64,000 nt of DNA from Candidatus Bathyarchaeota archaeon (lineage in GTDB: Archaea > Thermoproteota > Bathyarchaeia > TCS64). Positions 52,634 to 63,317 of this stretch are shown here, piece by piece. A model generated the notes under the pieces. That model did not search any database, had not been told where the DNA came from, and worked only from the letters and a program-made list of their open reading frames with translations. How positions within the stretch are numbered: position 1 is the stretch's first letter; each line of letters begins with the position of its first letter. Position numbers and translations under genes: made by a program. The stretch covers positions 33,982 through 97,981 of the forward strand of contig CAWGAT010000047.1 of assembly GCA_963820555.1 (NCBI GenBank), in the 5' to 3' direction.

Positions 52634-53494
52634 ATGGCATCAAGACCGCAAATAGCCTATACTATTGACCACAATGGGCTTCGCCTCGACCTAGCCGTTG
52701 TAGAGCTGGGCAGCCTTCGCGTCCACGAGGAGACCATGCAGGGGCACGCTGAGGAGCTTAAGAGGGGGCTCATCGAGCGGGGCTCTCTGAGCACTCCGAT
52801 GTTCGTCGACAGGGCCACCAACATAGTACTCGACGGGATGCATCGGGTCAGGACGCTCAGGGAGCTAGGGTGCCGCTTCGCCCTAGTCTGCTTCGTCGAC
52901 TACTCGGATCCAAGGATAACGCTGGGGCGCTGGTGCAGGACCATACCCAAGCCATTCGGTAGGAAGGACGCCGAAAGGATAATGGGCGGCAACGGGGCAA
53001 GCCTCAGGCCGGCGAGGGGAGTCAACCCGACACAGAGTACCGACCTCCTCCTGGCTTTCGGGGATGGTACATACATCGTCGAATCCCCCGAGAAGGAGCT
53101 AATGTCCGTCTACCGGCTCTCACATAGGCTGGAGCAAGCACTCATCGGCGAGGGCTACGCTGTCGGGCACATGGGGGAGGACGACGCGACGCGGTACCTC
53201 GCGACAGGCGATTTTTCGGCAATACTCTGTCCCCCAGTGATCACGAAGGAGCAGGTCGTCGATGTGGTCCAGCGAGGCGAGGTTTTCCCGCCGAAGTCAA
53301 CTAGGCACAGGATACCCGCTCGCCCCATAGGGGCAGGCCTACCTCTCACTGCACTGAGAGACGAGGAGAGAACACTAGAGGAGGTCAACCTCAGCCTCTG
53401 TAAGCAACTGAAGTCGTCGAGGCTGAGAAGACTGCCCCCCGGTAGCACGTATCGCGGGAGACGCTTCGAGGACACTCTATACGTCTTTGAGTAG
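52634..53494 (+). CDS. ParB/Srx-fold protein, SerK/SbnI-like serine kinase candidate
   Basis: HEE, LDGMHR, DY, TKEQV…GEVFPPKSTRH. Confidence 0.72.
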   Translation: MASRPQIAYTIDHNGLRLDLAVVELGSLRVHEETMQGHAEELKRGLIERGSLSTPMFVDRATNIVLDGMHRVRTLRELGCRFALVCFVDYSDPRITLGRWCRTIPKPFGRKDAERIMGGNGASLRPARGVNPTQSTDLLLAFGDGTYIVESPEKELMSVYRLSHRLEQALIGEGYAVGHMGEDDATRYLATGDFSAILCPPVITKEQVVDVVQRGEVFPPKSTRHRIPARPIGAGLPLTALRDEERTLEEVNLSLCKQLKSSRLRRLPPGSTYRGRRFEDTLYVFE

Positions 53495-54061
53495 CAGGTA
53501 GCGGTCAACGTCCCTCTTCTTGAAGCCGGCCTCGAGGAGCTTAGCAGCGAGGGCTTCGCCCTTTAATCCTGTTGCCTGTATATTTCCCGCGACCTCGAGC
53601 AGACACTCTTTCAGTTCCCAGGGGTAGACAACCCACTTGTCCACGCTCTCCGCGTAGTAGTCGGGAATGAACCGGCTCCAGGGCTTGATGTGGATCGTGG
53701 CGATCCTGACTTCGGATGCCCCATTCTCCTTGACGTGATCCCTCGCCTTAATTATAGAGGCGCCGGAGTCAGACACGTCGTCGACCACTAGAGCCTTCTT
53801 ACCCTTGAGGTCGGCATTAACGGGGAGGACTACTACGGGCTCTGGCCGCTTAACCATGCCATCGTAGGCCTCGACCTGTACGCTGGCGAGCCTCCGGATG
53901 CTGAGCTGGTCGCAGAGTATCCTGGCGGGGTCGAACCCGCCCCTGCTTATAGCGATGATGATGTCGGGTCGGAAACCCGAGGCCTCTATCTTGCCAGCCA
54001 CAACCTCCATGAGCCTCTGAATGTCGTCCCAGGATAGGTGTAGGAACCGAAGATTCTCCAT
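53477..54061 (-). CDS. Purine phosphoribosyltransferase-like protein
   Basis: ISRGG, LVVDDVSDSGAS, WVVYPWE. Confidence 0.9.
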   Translation of the reverse strand: MENLRFLHLSWDDIQRLMEVVAGKIEASGFRPDIIIAISRGGFDPARILCDQLSIRRLASVQVEAYDGMVKRPEPVVVLPVNADLKGKKALVVDDVSDSGASIIKARDHVKENGASEVRIATIHIKPWSRFIPDYYAESVDKWVVYPWELKECLLEVAGNIQATGLKGEALAAKLLEAGFKKRDVDRYLLLKDV

Positions 54062-54165
54062 AGACCGGCCTCTATGAGATGATGTAATTTAACTCATTAG
54101 GGCGAATATAAGGCAGACGCGCCCCTAAACTTCGCTTTATATCGGGGTAGCTACGATTCTGGATC

Positions 54166-55024
54166 ATGATTCCCGGGAACGACCTTGGTGAGTGGGTGAA
54201 GAAGCTAGTCGAGGGTTTCATAGCCTCGCCTGAAAACTCCTTCAACGACATCGGCGAGCCCGCATGGGATGTACCCCTCGTCGGCTTCTCGAGCGGCGCC
54301 GATCCCCTCTACGACTTCTACAAGAAGGATATAGGGAGCTTCTACGTCTCACCGATCGAGTTCTTCAAGAACGCTCACCCCTCAGTGGAGGCGAAGCCCG
54401 AGGATCTTACCGTCATCAGCTGGGTCCTCCCCCAGACTAAGGCTACTAAATACGATCAGAGGAAGGAGACGAAGATGCCAAGTGAGAGATGGGCACGCGC
54501 GAGGATAATGGGCGAGGGTGTGAACGTCAAGCTAAGGAGATTCATGGCTAAAGAACTCGGGGAGTCCGGCTACCCTGCGGTGGCCCCGATGCTATCCCCT
54601 CTCTGGAGTGAGCACACGTCGAAGAAGTACCTCTTCGCCTCATCCTGGTCCGAGAGGCACGCCGCCTACGCAGCGGGGCTTGGTACATTCGGCCTGAGTG
54701 ACGGCCTAATCACCGCTAAGGGGAAGGCTCACAGGGTCGGCTCTGTGGTCGCGAAGATTACGATACCGCCGACCCCCCGCCCCTATACATGATCACCATG
54801 CCTACTGCCTCTGGCACGCCAAAGGAACGTGCGGTGCCTGCATGGGAAAGTGCCCCGCTGGGGCTATCTCCGAGAGAGGCCATGACAAGCAGAAGTGCAG
54901 TGACTACGTCGACACCACACACGCTTTTGTCGAGGAGAACTACCACTTCAAGGGTTATGGGTGCGGCTTCTGTCAGGTCGGTGTCCCCTGTGAGAGCAGG
55001 ATACCTGAGGGCATCGACCTCTGA
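54166..55024 (+). CDS. Epoxyqueuosine reductase-like 4Fe-4S protein (frameshift near 54790)
   Basis: WSERHAAYAAGLGTFG; CGAC..KCP and CGFCQ..VPCE. Confidence 0.8.
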
Positions 55025-55074
55025 GGGAAACAGATAAAGAGTCGCCTGACTAGTTTCCTCCAACTCCGGGTGGT

Positions 55075-55626
55075 GTGTTGGTCCGAGCCCTCTTCGTCGG
55101 TAGATTCCAGCCCTTCCACTTCGGCCACCTCCACGCGATCCAGACGATCCTAGAGGAGGCCGAGGAACTCATTATAGTGATAGGTAGCGCCCAAATGAGC
55201 CACGAGCCAGATAATCCATTCACAGCTGGTGAACGTATAGAGATGATTAGGGCCGCCCTCAAAGAGGCGGGTGTGAAGCGGGAGAGGTATATGCTTCTCC
55301 CCATAGCCGACGCACCCAGCCACCGGACGTGGGTGAGTTACGTCGAGTCCCAAACTCCTCGCTTCGACGTGGTTTACTCAAACCAAGCCCTGACACGCAG
55401 GCTCCTCATAGAGGCGGGCTACGTAGTGAATGAGATCCCCCTCCACAAAAGGAGCAAGTTCGAGGCCACAGAGATAAGGCGCCGAATCCTCAAGGGGGAG
55501 GACTGGGCGGATCTCGTCCCAGCCTCCGTCCACAGGATAGTGGAGGAGATAGACGGCGAGAACCGGATACGCGACCTCGGAAAATCCGACTCAGTCCGTA
55601 TACGTGAAGAGAACCACTCAGGTTAG
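55075..55626 (+). CDS. nadM: Nicotinamide-nucleotide adenylyltransferase
   Basis: GRFQPFH.GH, GSAQ, NPFTAGER, ATEIR. Confidence 0.93.
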   Translation: MLVRALFVGRFQPFHFGHLHAIQTILEEAEELIIVIGSAQMSHEPDNPFTAGERIEMIRAALKEAGVKRERYMLLPIADAPSHRTWVSYVESQTPRFDVVYSNQALTRRLLIEAGYVVNEIPLHKRSKFEATEIRRRILKGEDWADLVPASVHRIVEEIDGENRIRDLGKSDSVRIREENHSG

Positions 55627-55630
55627 CCAG

Positions 55631-56290
55631 ATGTACCTCAAACTCAACCCCGGCCTCGGCTCAAAGTTCCCCGGACTATCCGCGAGAACAATCAACATAC
55701 GCGGTGTAGAGATTACAGCGCGAAGTTCCGAGTTGGAGGTCTTCAAGAAGCAGGTCTTCGACGAAGCCGCGGGGAAGTGGAACGTCGAGGAGCTGAAGGA
55801 CAACCAGGTTTTCCGGGCTTACCGGGACTTCTTCTGGAAGGTCAAAGTCGACCCGACAAAGACACGCCCCGCTGCTGAGGCGCTCCTCAGGAGGATATTG
55901 CGGGGGAACCCGCTGCCCACAATTAACACCCTCGTCGATGCCTACAATCTAGCGTCCGTAGCTACGAGCATCCCCTTCGGCGCCTTCGACCTTGACAGGA
56001 TGAGGGGTGAACCTACTATGAGGGAAGCGAGGGTCGGTGAGGAGTTCCTGGGGATCGGGATGGAGAGGCCCATCGCCCTCGGTGGCGGGGAGGCCGTAAT
56101 AGAGGACGATGAGAGACTCATCGCCGTCTACCCCTACCGAGACGCTGACTACAGCAAGGTCACGATGTCAACTAGAAACCTCTTCCTCATGACCTGTGGG
56201 GTTCCCGGGGTCGGGGACGAGGCCCTGAGTGGCGCGGAGACGATTTGCATAGGATATATTAAGAGATTCTGCGGTGGTTCCCCCGTCTAG
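55631..56290 (+). CDS. B3/B4 tRNA-binding domain protein
   Basis: AYR.F…DPTKTRP..EALLRR…IN.LVDAYN. Confidence 0.88.
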   Translation: MYLKLNPGLGSKFPGLSARTINIRGVEITARSSELEVFKKQVFDEAAGKWNVEELKDNQVFRAYRDFFWKVKVDPTKTRPAAEALLRRILRGNPLPTINTLVDAYNLASVATSIPFGAFDLDRMRGEPTMREARVGEEFLGIGMERPIALGGGEAVIEDDERLIAVYPYRDADYSKVTMSTRNLFLMTCGVPGVGDEALSGAETICIGYIKRFCGGSPV

Positions 56291-57367
56291 GTGGGTTACG
56301 TGTTAGAGGTTGACGGTTCACTGATGGAGGGGGGTGGCCAGCTACTCCGTATGGCCACCACCTACAGTGCCATCCTAGGCGAACCAATCAGGATCGTCAA
56401 CGTCCGCGCCAAGAGGAACCAGCCGGGGTTGAAGCCCCAGCACCTAATGACACTGAGGGCGGTGGCAGAGCTTTGCGCCGCCGAGACGAAGGGCCTCGAG
56501 GTGGGGAGCTGCGAGGTCGAGTTCAAGCCCGGGAGACTCAAGAGCGGTAGCTTCGAGTTCGACATAGGCACGGCTGGGAGCTGCAGCCTCCTTCTCCAGT
56601 GTGCTGCGCCGGTCGCCGCGTACGCCGACGGCCCAGTCAAGATCAGGGTCAGGGGCGGAACCGCGGTCCGCTGGTCCCCCCCGATGACTATTGTGCAGTA
56701 CGTCGTATGGGCTGGGCTCCGGAAGATGGGTTTCTCGGGGGACCTGAGGGTACTTCGTGACGGCTACTACCCTAAGGGGGGCGGTGTCGTTGAGGCGAAG
56801 ATGAACCCTATACAGGGATTCAAGCCGATTACCGGCGAGAAATCCTCGATCACTGGCGTGCGAGGCCTCTCCACCTGCGGTGGCCTTCCTAGGCACGTGG
56901 CGGAGAGGCAAGCGGAGGCTGCCGCTGATGTGCTGCGTGAGGAGGGGTTCGAGGCAATGATCGATGTGGCGACGCCAGGGAAGGCTTCGGAGCCAATGTC
57001 GCCGGGGAGCGTTATCTGCCTCTGGGCGGAGGGGGACGCCCTCATCGGGGACGACGGGCTCGGTGAGCGGGGCAAGACCGCCGAGAAGGTCGGGGCAGAG
57101 GCTGCACAGCGCCTCGTGCACCAGGTGAAGACCGGCGCCTACGTCGACCTCCACACAGCGGACAACCTAATACTCCCGTGTTCCCTCGCCTCGGGGACGT
57201 CGAGCTTCACTGTGTCCCGCCTGACGATGCACACCCTAACTGCGGTCGAGGTGGCGAAGATGGTGGCGGGGGTCAGGATAACTGTGGAGGGGATGGAGGG
57301 TAAGCAGGGGAGGATAACCGTCGAGGGGCGTGGCGCAGTGAATCTCGGGTTCGCGGATCAGGTTTAA
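56291..57367 (+). CDS. rtcA: RNA 3'-terminal phosphate cyclase
   Basis: EGGGQ.LR, PGL.PQH, GTAGS, YPKGGG, D.H.AD. Confidence 0.93.
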   Translation: MGYVLEVDGSLMEGGGQLLRMATTYSAILGEPIRIVNVRAKRNQPGLKPQHLMTLRAVAELCAAETKGLEVGSCEVEFKPGRLKSGSFEFDIGTAGSCSLLLQCAAPVAAYADGPVKIRVRGGTAVRWSPPMTIVQYVVWAGLRKMGFSGDLRVLRDGYYPKGGGVVEAKMNPIQGFKPITGEKSSITGVRGLSTCGGLPRHVAERQAEAAADVLREEGFEAMIDVATPGKASEPMSPGSVICLWAEGDALIGDDGLGERGKTAEKVGAEAAQRLVHQVKTGAYVDLHTADNLILPCSLASGTSSFTVSRLTMHTLTAVEVAKMVAGVRITVEGMEGKQGRITVEGRGAVNLGFADQV

Positions 57368-57398
57368 CCGCGCGGAGCCACGAGTCATTCCATCGGCT

Positions 57399-58703
57399 TT
57401 GGTTGTGCTTAGCTTCGACCGTGGGACGCTTCTAGTCGTGGATGATCAGGGCAAGGTGACGAGGTGCCGCGCTGGCGACTACTCGAGGGTCGTGGGGGAG
57501 CTTCGGGACGCGGGCGCTGAGTTCCGGGACGACGCCCTCAGGTCGCCTCCGACGGGGCTTCTCGCCTCACGATTCGAGGCGAGGGACTACCAGTCCGAGG
57601 CCGTCGAGAGCTGGGCGAAGGCGGGTTACCGGGGGATCGTCGTCCTCCCCACGGGCGCGGGCAAGACCGTGATGGCCATAAAGGCGATGGAGAGGCTGCA
57701 GGTCGCAACGCTCATCGTTGTACCAACCATCGTTTTGATGGAGCAGTGGAGGGAGACGCTTACTGAGGCGTTCGGCTCCGAGGTGGGCGCCCTCGGAGGT
57801 GGCTCGAGCGACGTGAAGCCTATAACGGTCGCCACCTACGACTCCGCCTCCCTCAGGGCGCGCGAGATTGGTGACAGATTCTCGCTTATAGTCTTCGATG
57901 AGGTCCACCACCTCCCGGCTATTAGTAACTCGCGAGCGGCTACATACTACCTGGCTCCGTACAGGCTCGGGCTCACGGCCACTCTCGGTCACGACGAGGA
58001 GGTGATAAGCGGGCTCGAGGAGCTGGTCGGAAAGGTCGTCTACGAGAAGGTCGTCGAGGAGCTGGCGGGGAGGCACCTCAGCGACTACACCGTGAAGACC
58101 GTGAACGTGTCCCTCGCCCCCGAGGAGAAGGCGGAGTATGAGAGGCAGTTCGCTGTCTACAAGGGCTTCCTGCAGCGGAGGGGTATCAAGATAAGGAGTG
58201 CCCGCGACTACCTGCTCTTCGTCAAGCGTAGCGGCGTGGACCCTGAGGCGAGGAGGGCGCTCATGGGTAGGAACGCGGCGATGGACATCGCTTTGAACAG
58301 CAGGAGCAAGGAGGAGTACCTCCGGGGGCTCCTCGTCGCCAACCCGAACGAGAAGACCATTATATTCACCCGCCACAACAAGCTCGTCTACAGGATAAGC
58401 AGGAGCCTACTCATCCCCGCCATCACCCACCAGACGGTCAGAGAGGAGAGAGAGGAGATACTCGACAGGTTCCGTAGGGGCGTCTATAGGAGGATAATCA
58501 CAAGCCAGGTCCTCGACGAGGGGATCGACGTCCCCGACGCCTCGGTGGCGGTGATACTCAGCGGCACAGGGAGCAGCCGGGAGTTCATCCAGCGCCTCGG
58601 CAGGGTTCTCAGGAAGAAGGAGGGGAAGCAGGCGACACTCTACGAGCTCGTGAGCTTCGGCACCGCAGAGACCCGGCTCAGCAGGAGGAGGAAGGAGGCT
58701 TGA
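57399..58703 (+). CDS. xpb: XPB/Rad25-like SF2 helicase
   Basis: PTGAGKT, DEVHH, GLTAT, DEGIDVP, QRLGR. Confidence 0.9.
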   Translation: MVVLSFDRGTLLVVDDQGKVTRCRAGDYSRVVGELRDAGAEFRDDALRSPPTGLLASRFEARDYQSEAVESWAKAGYRGIVVLPTGAGKTVMAIKAMERLQVATLIVVPTIVLMEQWRETLTEAFGSEVGALGGGSSDVKPITVATYDSASLRAREIGDRFSLIVFDEVHHLPAISNSRAATYYLAPYRLGLTATLGHDEEVISGLEELVGKVVYEKVVEELAGRHLSDYTVKTVNVSLAPEEKAEYERQFAVYKGFLQRRGIKIRSARDYLLFVKRSGVDPEARRALMGRNAAMDIALNSRSKEEYLRGLLVANPNEKTIIFTRHNKLVYRISRSLLIPAITHQTVREEREEILDRFRRGVYRRIITSQVLDEGIDVPDASVAVILSGTGSSREFIQRLGRVLRKKEGKQATLYELVSFGTAETRLSRRRKEA

Positions 58704-59856
58704 TCCTCCCCCACGAGCTCATCAGGGTGAGGCGCACAAAGGCGGCGCTCACACCCCTCTTCGCGAACGAGGAGAAGCTTAGCCTCGCCAAGACCCTCAT
58801 CGCCGTCTACAGTGAGAACCGGGACAGGAAGAGGGCGGAGCTTAACGATGGCCTCGCGGTATGCGAGGAACTCGGCTACGACTTCAAGCTCGTGAGGGGC
58901 CTCTCAGCAGTGCTCGACTCGCGCTGCATCTTCGGGGCACGCTCCTTCGTACCGCCGATCAAGGCGCGTAGGCTGCTCTTCGAGGAGGCGGCGAGGAGGC
59001 CATCCATCTCGGAGAGGGACCGCGCGGAGATAATGGGGAAGGTGGCCGAGGGGCTCGGCGTCGCCTCTGCGGACCTGGATGAGAGCCTCTACGCCGACCT
59101 GCTCGACGAGCAGTACCTCATAGACTTCAAGGAGCCCGCGCCGGATGAGCTGCTCAAGCTCTACAACTTCGCCCTCGTCTCTGTGGTCCTCGCCTACTCC
59201 GTCCACATAGCGGTGGGCTACTCGGGGAAGAACGAGGGCCTCGAGAGGGCGGCGAAGAGCCTCGGGTGAGCCCGATGTCAGGGTCGGCTCCATTAGCGTC
59301 GACCTGAAACCCTCGAAGCAGGTGGGGCTCCGCGGGGGGAAGGTGGAGGCCCTCCTCGCCCGGCTCATCGAGTCGAAGGATTGGAGCCTGAGGGCCGACG
59401 TCGCGTATCCCCCACGCTACCACGAGACGAGGCCACTGGAGCTGAACAGGAGGACACACGGCGGGATGCTCAAGGCGGAGCCGGTAGAGGAGGAGACTAT
59501 CATCGAGATCAAGGCGCCGGTGAGGAAGAGCAGCTTCGGCGACATAATCGTCATCGACGACGTCGCCAACAGGCTTGGCCTCACCGACAAGGAGCTGCTG
59601 AGGAAGGTGGAGGCGGAGAAGGTCAGAGTATGTCCGACTCCCGGGCGTCCTAGTGACGCCGGAGAAGCTGGAGGCGCTTCGCACAGGTCTTGGGGAGGTG
59701 GAGGGGGACGACCTCGCCTCGTACAAGGCCTTCCTGAAGGGGCAGGGGTGCAAGAACCCGATCCCGGTGCTGGAGGCGCTGGGCTACTTCGTCGATGTGG
59801 ACCCGGAGACGCGTAAGCCGAGGGTGGTGAGGCTCCGCCGCGGAGCGTCAAGTTAA
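58700..59856 (+). CDS. Bax1/DUF790 protein, shortened (frameshifts near 59265 and 59630-59645)
   Basis: DFKLVRGL, LYADL, YN; overlaps xpb; nuclease core not recognisable. Confidence 0.75.
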
Positions 59857-59893
59857 TATCGCTGCGGGATTAAGGGGGTTCGGAAGATGCGGC

Positions 59894-60499
59894 ATGGGCT
59901 GGCAGGATTATCAGGGCGCTACGACGATAGGCCTCGTCTGCAAGGGCGGGGTCGTGCTCGCCTCGGAGAAGCGTGTCACTTGGGGTAACATGCTCACGAG
60001 CAGGGGCGGGATGAAGGTCTTCAAGCTCAACGACAGGATAGGCCTCGCCTTCGCCGGCCTCATGAGCGACATGCAGGCCCTTACGCGTGAGGTCGCTGCG
60101 TACGCGAGCCTCTACGAGCTGGACAACAACAGACCCATCGGCGTCAAGGCGATGGGTAAGCTCGTCGCCAACATGCTCTTCCAGCGGCGGATGTTCCCGC
60201 TCTTCATGGAGACACTCGTCGGGGGCGTCGACGATGATGGGCCAACCCTTCTCAGCATGGATCCCGTGGGTAGCCTGATCCCCGACCCCTTCATAACCGC
60301 GGGGACGGGTGCACCTATCGCGATGGGTGTCATCGAGGCGGAGTACAAGGAGGGTATGAGCATGGAGGCGGGGGCGGAGCTCGCCCTTAAGGCGATTAAG
60401 GCCGCCGTGGCCCGTGACATCGCGAGCGGCGATGGCGTCGACATGCTCCTCATCACCAAAGACGGGATCGAGGAGCGCAGTATCAGCCTCAGGAAGTAG
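59894..60499 (+). CDS. psmB: Proteasome beta subunit paralog (GATT, likely non-catalytic)
   Basis: QGATTIG, GTGA, RD.ASGDG.D. Confidence 0.9.
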   Translation: MGWQDYQGATTIGLVCKGGVVLASEKRVTWGNMLTSRGGMKVFKLNDRIGLAFAGLMSDMQALTREVAAYASLYELDNNRPIGVKAMGKLVANMLFQRRMFPLFMETLVGGVDDDGPTLLSMDPVGSLIPDPFITAGTGAPIAMGVIEAEYKEGMSMEAGAELALKAIKAAVARDIASGDGVDMLLITKDGIEERSISLRK

Positions 60500-60521
60500 G
60501 CTCAGCGTAGCCCCCCTTCTT

Positions 60522-60927
60522 TTAAGGGGCGTCTGTTGTCTTAGTCATCACCTTCGCTATTGTGATCGCTTCCTGCGCTGCGTCGAGTCTTTGTTTGGTA
60601 TTCTTTGTCGTGTCGTTGGCGTCATCCTGGGCTTCGCGGAGCCTTGGTAAACCTAGTGTATATGATGCGATGCCACTTGCTCTGAGGATGATCGGGGCGA
60701 TAGTGATTGTGGTCTCAAGGTCGTCTCCACGGTATCTCAATCTTCCGTGGTGGAGCCTGCGCAGGGCGAGGACGAGGAACTTGACCTGGTAGCTGAGCTG
60801 TTTCTCGTTGGCACGTAGACGGTTCAGGGTGACGTGGAGGTGGGGGGTATCCTTTCTGTTGGCTTTCCCTGTCATCCACTTCGTAAGGAGTCTTGATTTC
60901 CTGTTCGGTGAAGATGTGGGTATTCAT
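60522..60927 (-). CDS. Hypothetical protein (frameshift near 60893)
   Basis: Rejoined MNTHIFTEQEIRLLTKWMTGK…. Confidence 0.55.
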
Positions 60928-61034
60928 TTTCTAACGCCTGGCGATACTTGTGAAAAAATCACTACTTTTCCCGTGTTAAAAGGTTTATTGTTAGTTGAGT
61001 ATTTTTGTGATATTTATTGAAATTTTTGGGTGTT

Positions 61035-61781
61035 TTAGGCGGTTGCCCCGCCATCTATTACCAATGTGGCGCCGTTCATGAAGCTGGATTCGTCGCTAGC
61101 GAGGAATAGCGCGCCCTTCGCTATCTCCTCCGGTTTTCCAATCCTCTTGAGGGGGACCTCCTGCTCCAGGTACTTCCGCCTAGCGTCGGGATCGGTGGCT
61201 CTTCTTATCCCCTGCTCAAGCATAGGTGTCAAAGTGACGCCGGGGCAGAGACAGTTTACACGGATGTTCCTGTCCCCGAACTCGAGGGCTAAGGCACGTG
61301 TTATCTGGACGACCCCGCCCTTCGCGGCGCAGTAGGCGGCGTAGTTGCGGGCCCCGCTTATGCCGATCTCAGAGGCGGTGTTGACTATGACTCCCCCGCC
61401 CTGCACGAGCATCTCAGGAATGACATGTTTGCACCCGAGGTAGACGCTCTTAAGATCAACGGATAGGACTCTGTCCCAGTCCTCTTCGGTGGTATCTAGG
61501 AATGGGCGGTATAAACCAATACCAGCATTGTTGTAAAGGACATCTATCCTCCCGTGGCTGTGGACAGCAAGCTTCACAGCCGAGTCCCAATCCCCAGACT
61601 TGGAGACGTCCGCCCTCAGCGATCTCGCGTCTCCACCTGCCGTTTTCGCGGTCTCAGCTACCGTTTCTTTTGTATCGATCAGGGTTAGCTTTGCCCCCTC
61701 CTTGGCGAAGAGAAGGGCAGCAGCCCTTCCAATGCCGGACGCTGCTCCAGTGATCAGAACCGACTTGCCCCCGAGACTCAT
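61035..61781 (-). CDS. SDR-family oxidoreductase
   Basis: TGAASGIG, NNAG, YCAAK. Confidence 0.92.
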   Translation of the reverse strand: MSLGGKSVLITGAASGIGRAAALLFAKEGAKLTLIDTKETVAETAKTAGGDARSLRADVSKSGDWDSAVKLAVHSHGRIDVLYNNAGIGLYRPFLDTTEEDWDRVLSVDLKSVYLGCKHVIPEMLVQGGGVIVNTASEIGISGARNYAAYCAAKGGVVQITRALALEFGDRNIRVNCLCPGVTLTPMLEQGIRRATDPDARRKYLEQEVPLKRIGKPEEIAKGALFLASDESSFMNGATLVIDGGATA

Positions 61782-61865
61782 GGGTGATACGCCCCCGCGT
61801 GTGTCTTATCTGATTTGTCTCCGCATAAAGCATAAATGTGAAGCAGTCGTTAGTGTTGCGGCGTT

Positions 61866-61938
61866 GGGCGCTTAGTTCAGCGGTATGAATGCTCGGTTCG
61901 CATCCGAGAGGTCGGGGGTTCAAATCCCCCAGCGTCCA
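61866..61938 (+). tRNA. tRNA-Ala (CGC)
   Basis: GGGCGCT/AGCGTCC acceptor with G3-U70, CTCGG-TTCGCAT-CCGAG anticodon arm, GTTCAAATC T-loop. Confidence 0.95.
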
Positions 61939-61991
61939 CCTTATTATGTGTCCATAATGTATTTATGTAGGCCACTCCTAGGGCTATTCAG

Positions 61992-63317
61992 GTGAACAAT
62001 ATGAGAGAGGCGAGGTGGGCCCACCTCTTGGAGGAGGACCCCGCGTTCAGGCGGTGGCACGACAACTTGGCCCGCGGCAGCGCGGGGACGGCGAGGGAGA
62101 GGGCGCGGGTGCTCTACCGGTTCCTGAGGCATCACGACCTGACGCCCGCCGGCCTCGCGGAGATTGGGAAGAGGGATGTGGGGGCGGTGGAGGACCTCCT
62201 GATGGACTTCGTGTCCGAGCTTCGCCGCGAGGGGAAGGCCCCGGGGTATATCAAGTGCTACCTGACGGCGGTGAGCTCCTGGCTTGAGTTCAACGGCGTG
62301 CGCCTCGTGAGGAGGATCAAGGTCGGTAACATGAACCACACTCCGACGATAGAGGACGAGAGGGTGCCGACGCCGGACGAGCTGCTACAGGTGCTGAGCT
62401 ACGCCGACGAGAGGGGCCGGTGCTCCATATCGTTGATGGCGTTCGCCGGGCTCAGGCCCCAGGTACTCGGGAGCATGACGGGGACGGACGGCTTGGAGGT
62501 CCGCGACCTACCCGAGATGATGATAGAGGGTGGGAGGGTCACCTTCTCGAGGACCCCGACGATGGTCGTGGTGAGGCCGGACCTGAGCAAGGCCGGGCAC
62601 AGGTACTTCACATTCCTGGCGTCCGAGGGCTGCGAGTACCTGAGGGCGTACCTTGAGAGGAGGCTGGCGATGGGCGAGGGGCTGGGCCCCGGGTCGGCGG
62701 TGATAGCCGCGAAGCCGGGGCACACGGAGACCGGTTTCCGAGTCAATGGGACCGACGGCTCCAGCCACGTGTCGACCAAGTCGGTGACGGGTGAGGTAAG
62801 GAAGGCGATGCGGCCTAGATACAAATGGCGCCCCTACGTGCTCCGCGCCTACTTCGACACCCAACTCCTCATAGCGGAGAACCATGGGAAGGTGAGCCAC
62901 GCGTACAGGCAGTTCTTCATGGGCCACAAGGGCGACATCGAGGCCAGGTACACGACGAACAAGGGCAGATTATCGGAGGAGATGATCGAGGACATGAGGC
63001 GGAGGTTCGCTGACTCCGAGGAGTACCTGACCACACGGAAGACCCGGGACGAGGCGGATGCACGCAAGAGGCAGTTCCTGTTGACGGCCGAGATGCTGTT
63101 CCCCGACAGGGTCGAGTCCATCAGGAACATACTGGCGAGGCACGTCTCGCTCGAGGAGGCGAGCCCCGAGATCCGTGACCTCGTCACGCCCACGGGGAAG
63201 GGGCAGCGCAAGGCGGTCGTCGTCGAGAGCGAGGCCGAGATGGTGGAGCTCGTCTCCCAGGGCTGGGAGCTCATGAAGAACCTCAACAACGGTAAGTTCT
63301 TCCTCGTTAGGGACTAG
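61992..63317 (+). CDS. Tyrosine recombinase/integrase
   Basis: GLRP (R), LSK (K), YVLR (YxxR), MGH, ARY (Y). Confidence 0.92.
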   Translation: MNNMREARWAHLLEEDPAFRRWHDNLARGSAGTARERARVLYRFLRHHDLTPAGLAEIGKRDVGAVEDLLMDFVSELRREGKAPGYIKCYLTAVSSWLEFNGVRLVRRIKVGNMNHTPTIEDERVPTPDELLQVLSYADERGRCSISLMAFAGLRPQVLGSMTGTDGLEVRDLPEMMIEGGRVTFSRTPTMVVVRPDLSKAGHRYFTFLASEGCEYLRAYLERRLAMGEGLGPGSAVIAAKPGHTETGFRVNGTDGSSHVSTKSVTGEVRKAMRPRYKWRPYVLRAYFDTQLLIAENHGKVSHAYRQFFMGHKGDIEARYTTNKGRLSEEMIEDMRRRFADSEEYLTTRKTRDEADARKRQFLLTAEMLFPDRVESIRNILARHVSLEEASPEIRDLVTPTGKGQRKAVVVESEAEMVELVSQGWELMKNLNNGKFFLVRD

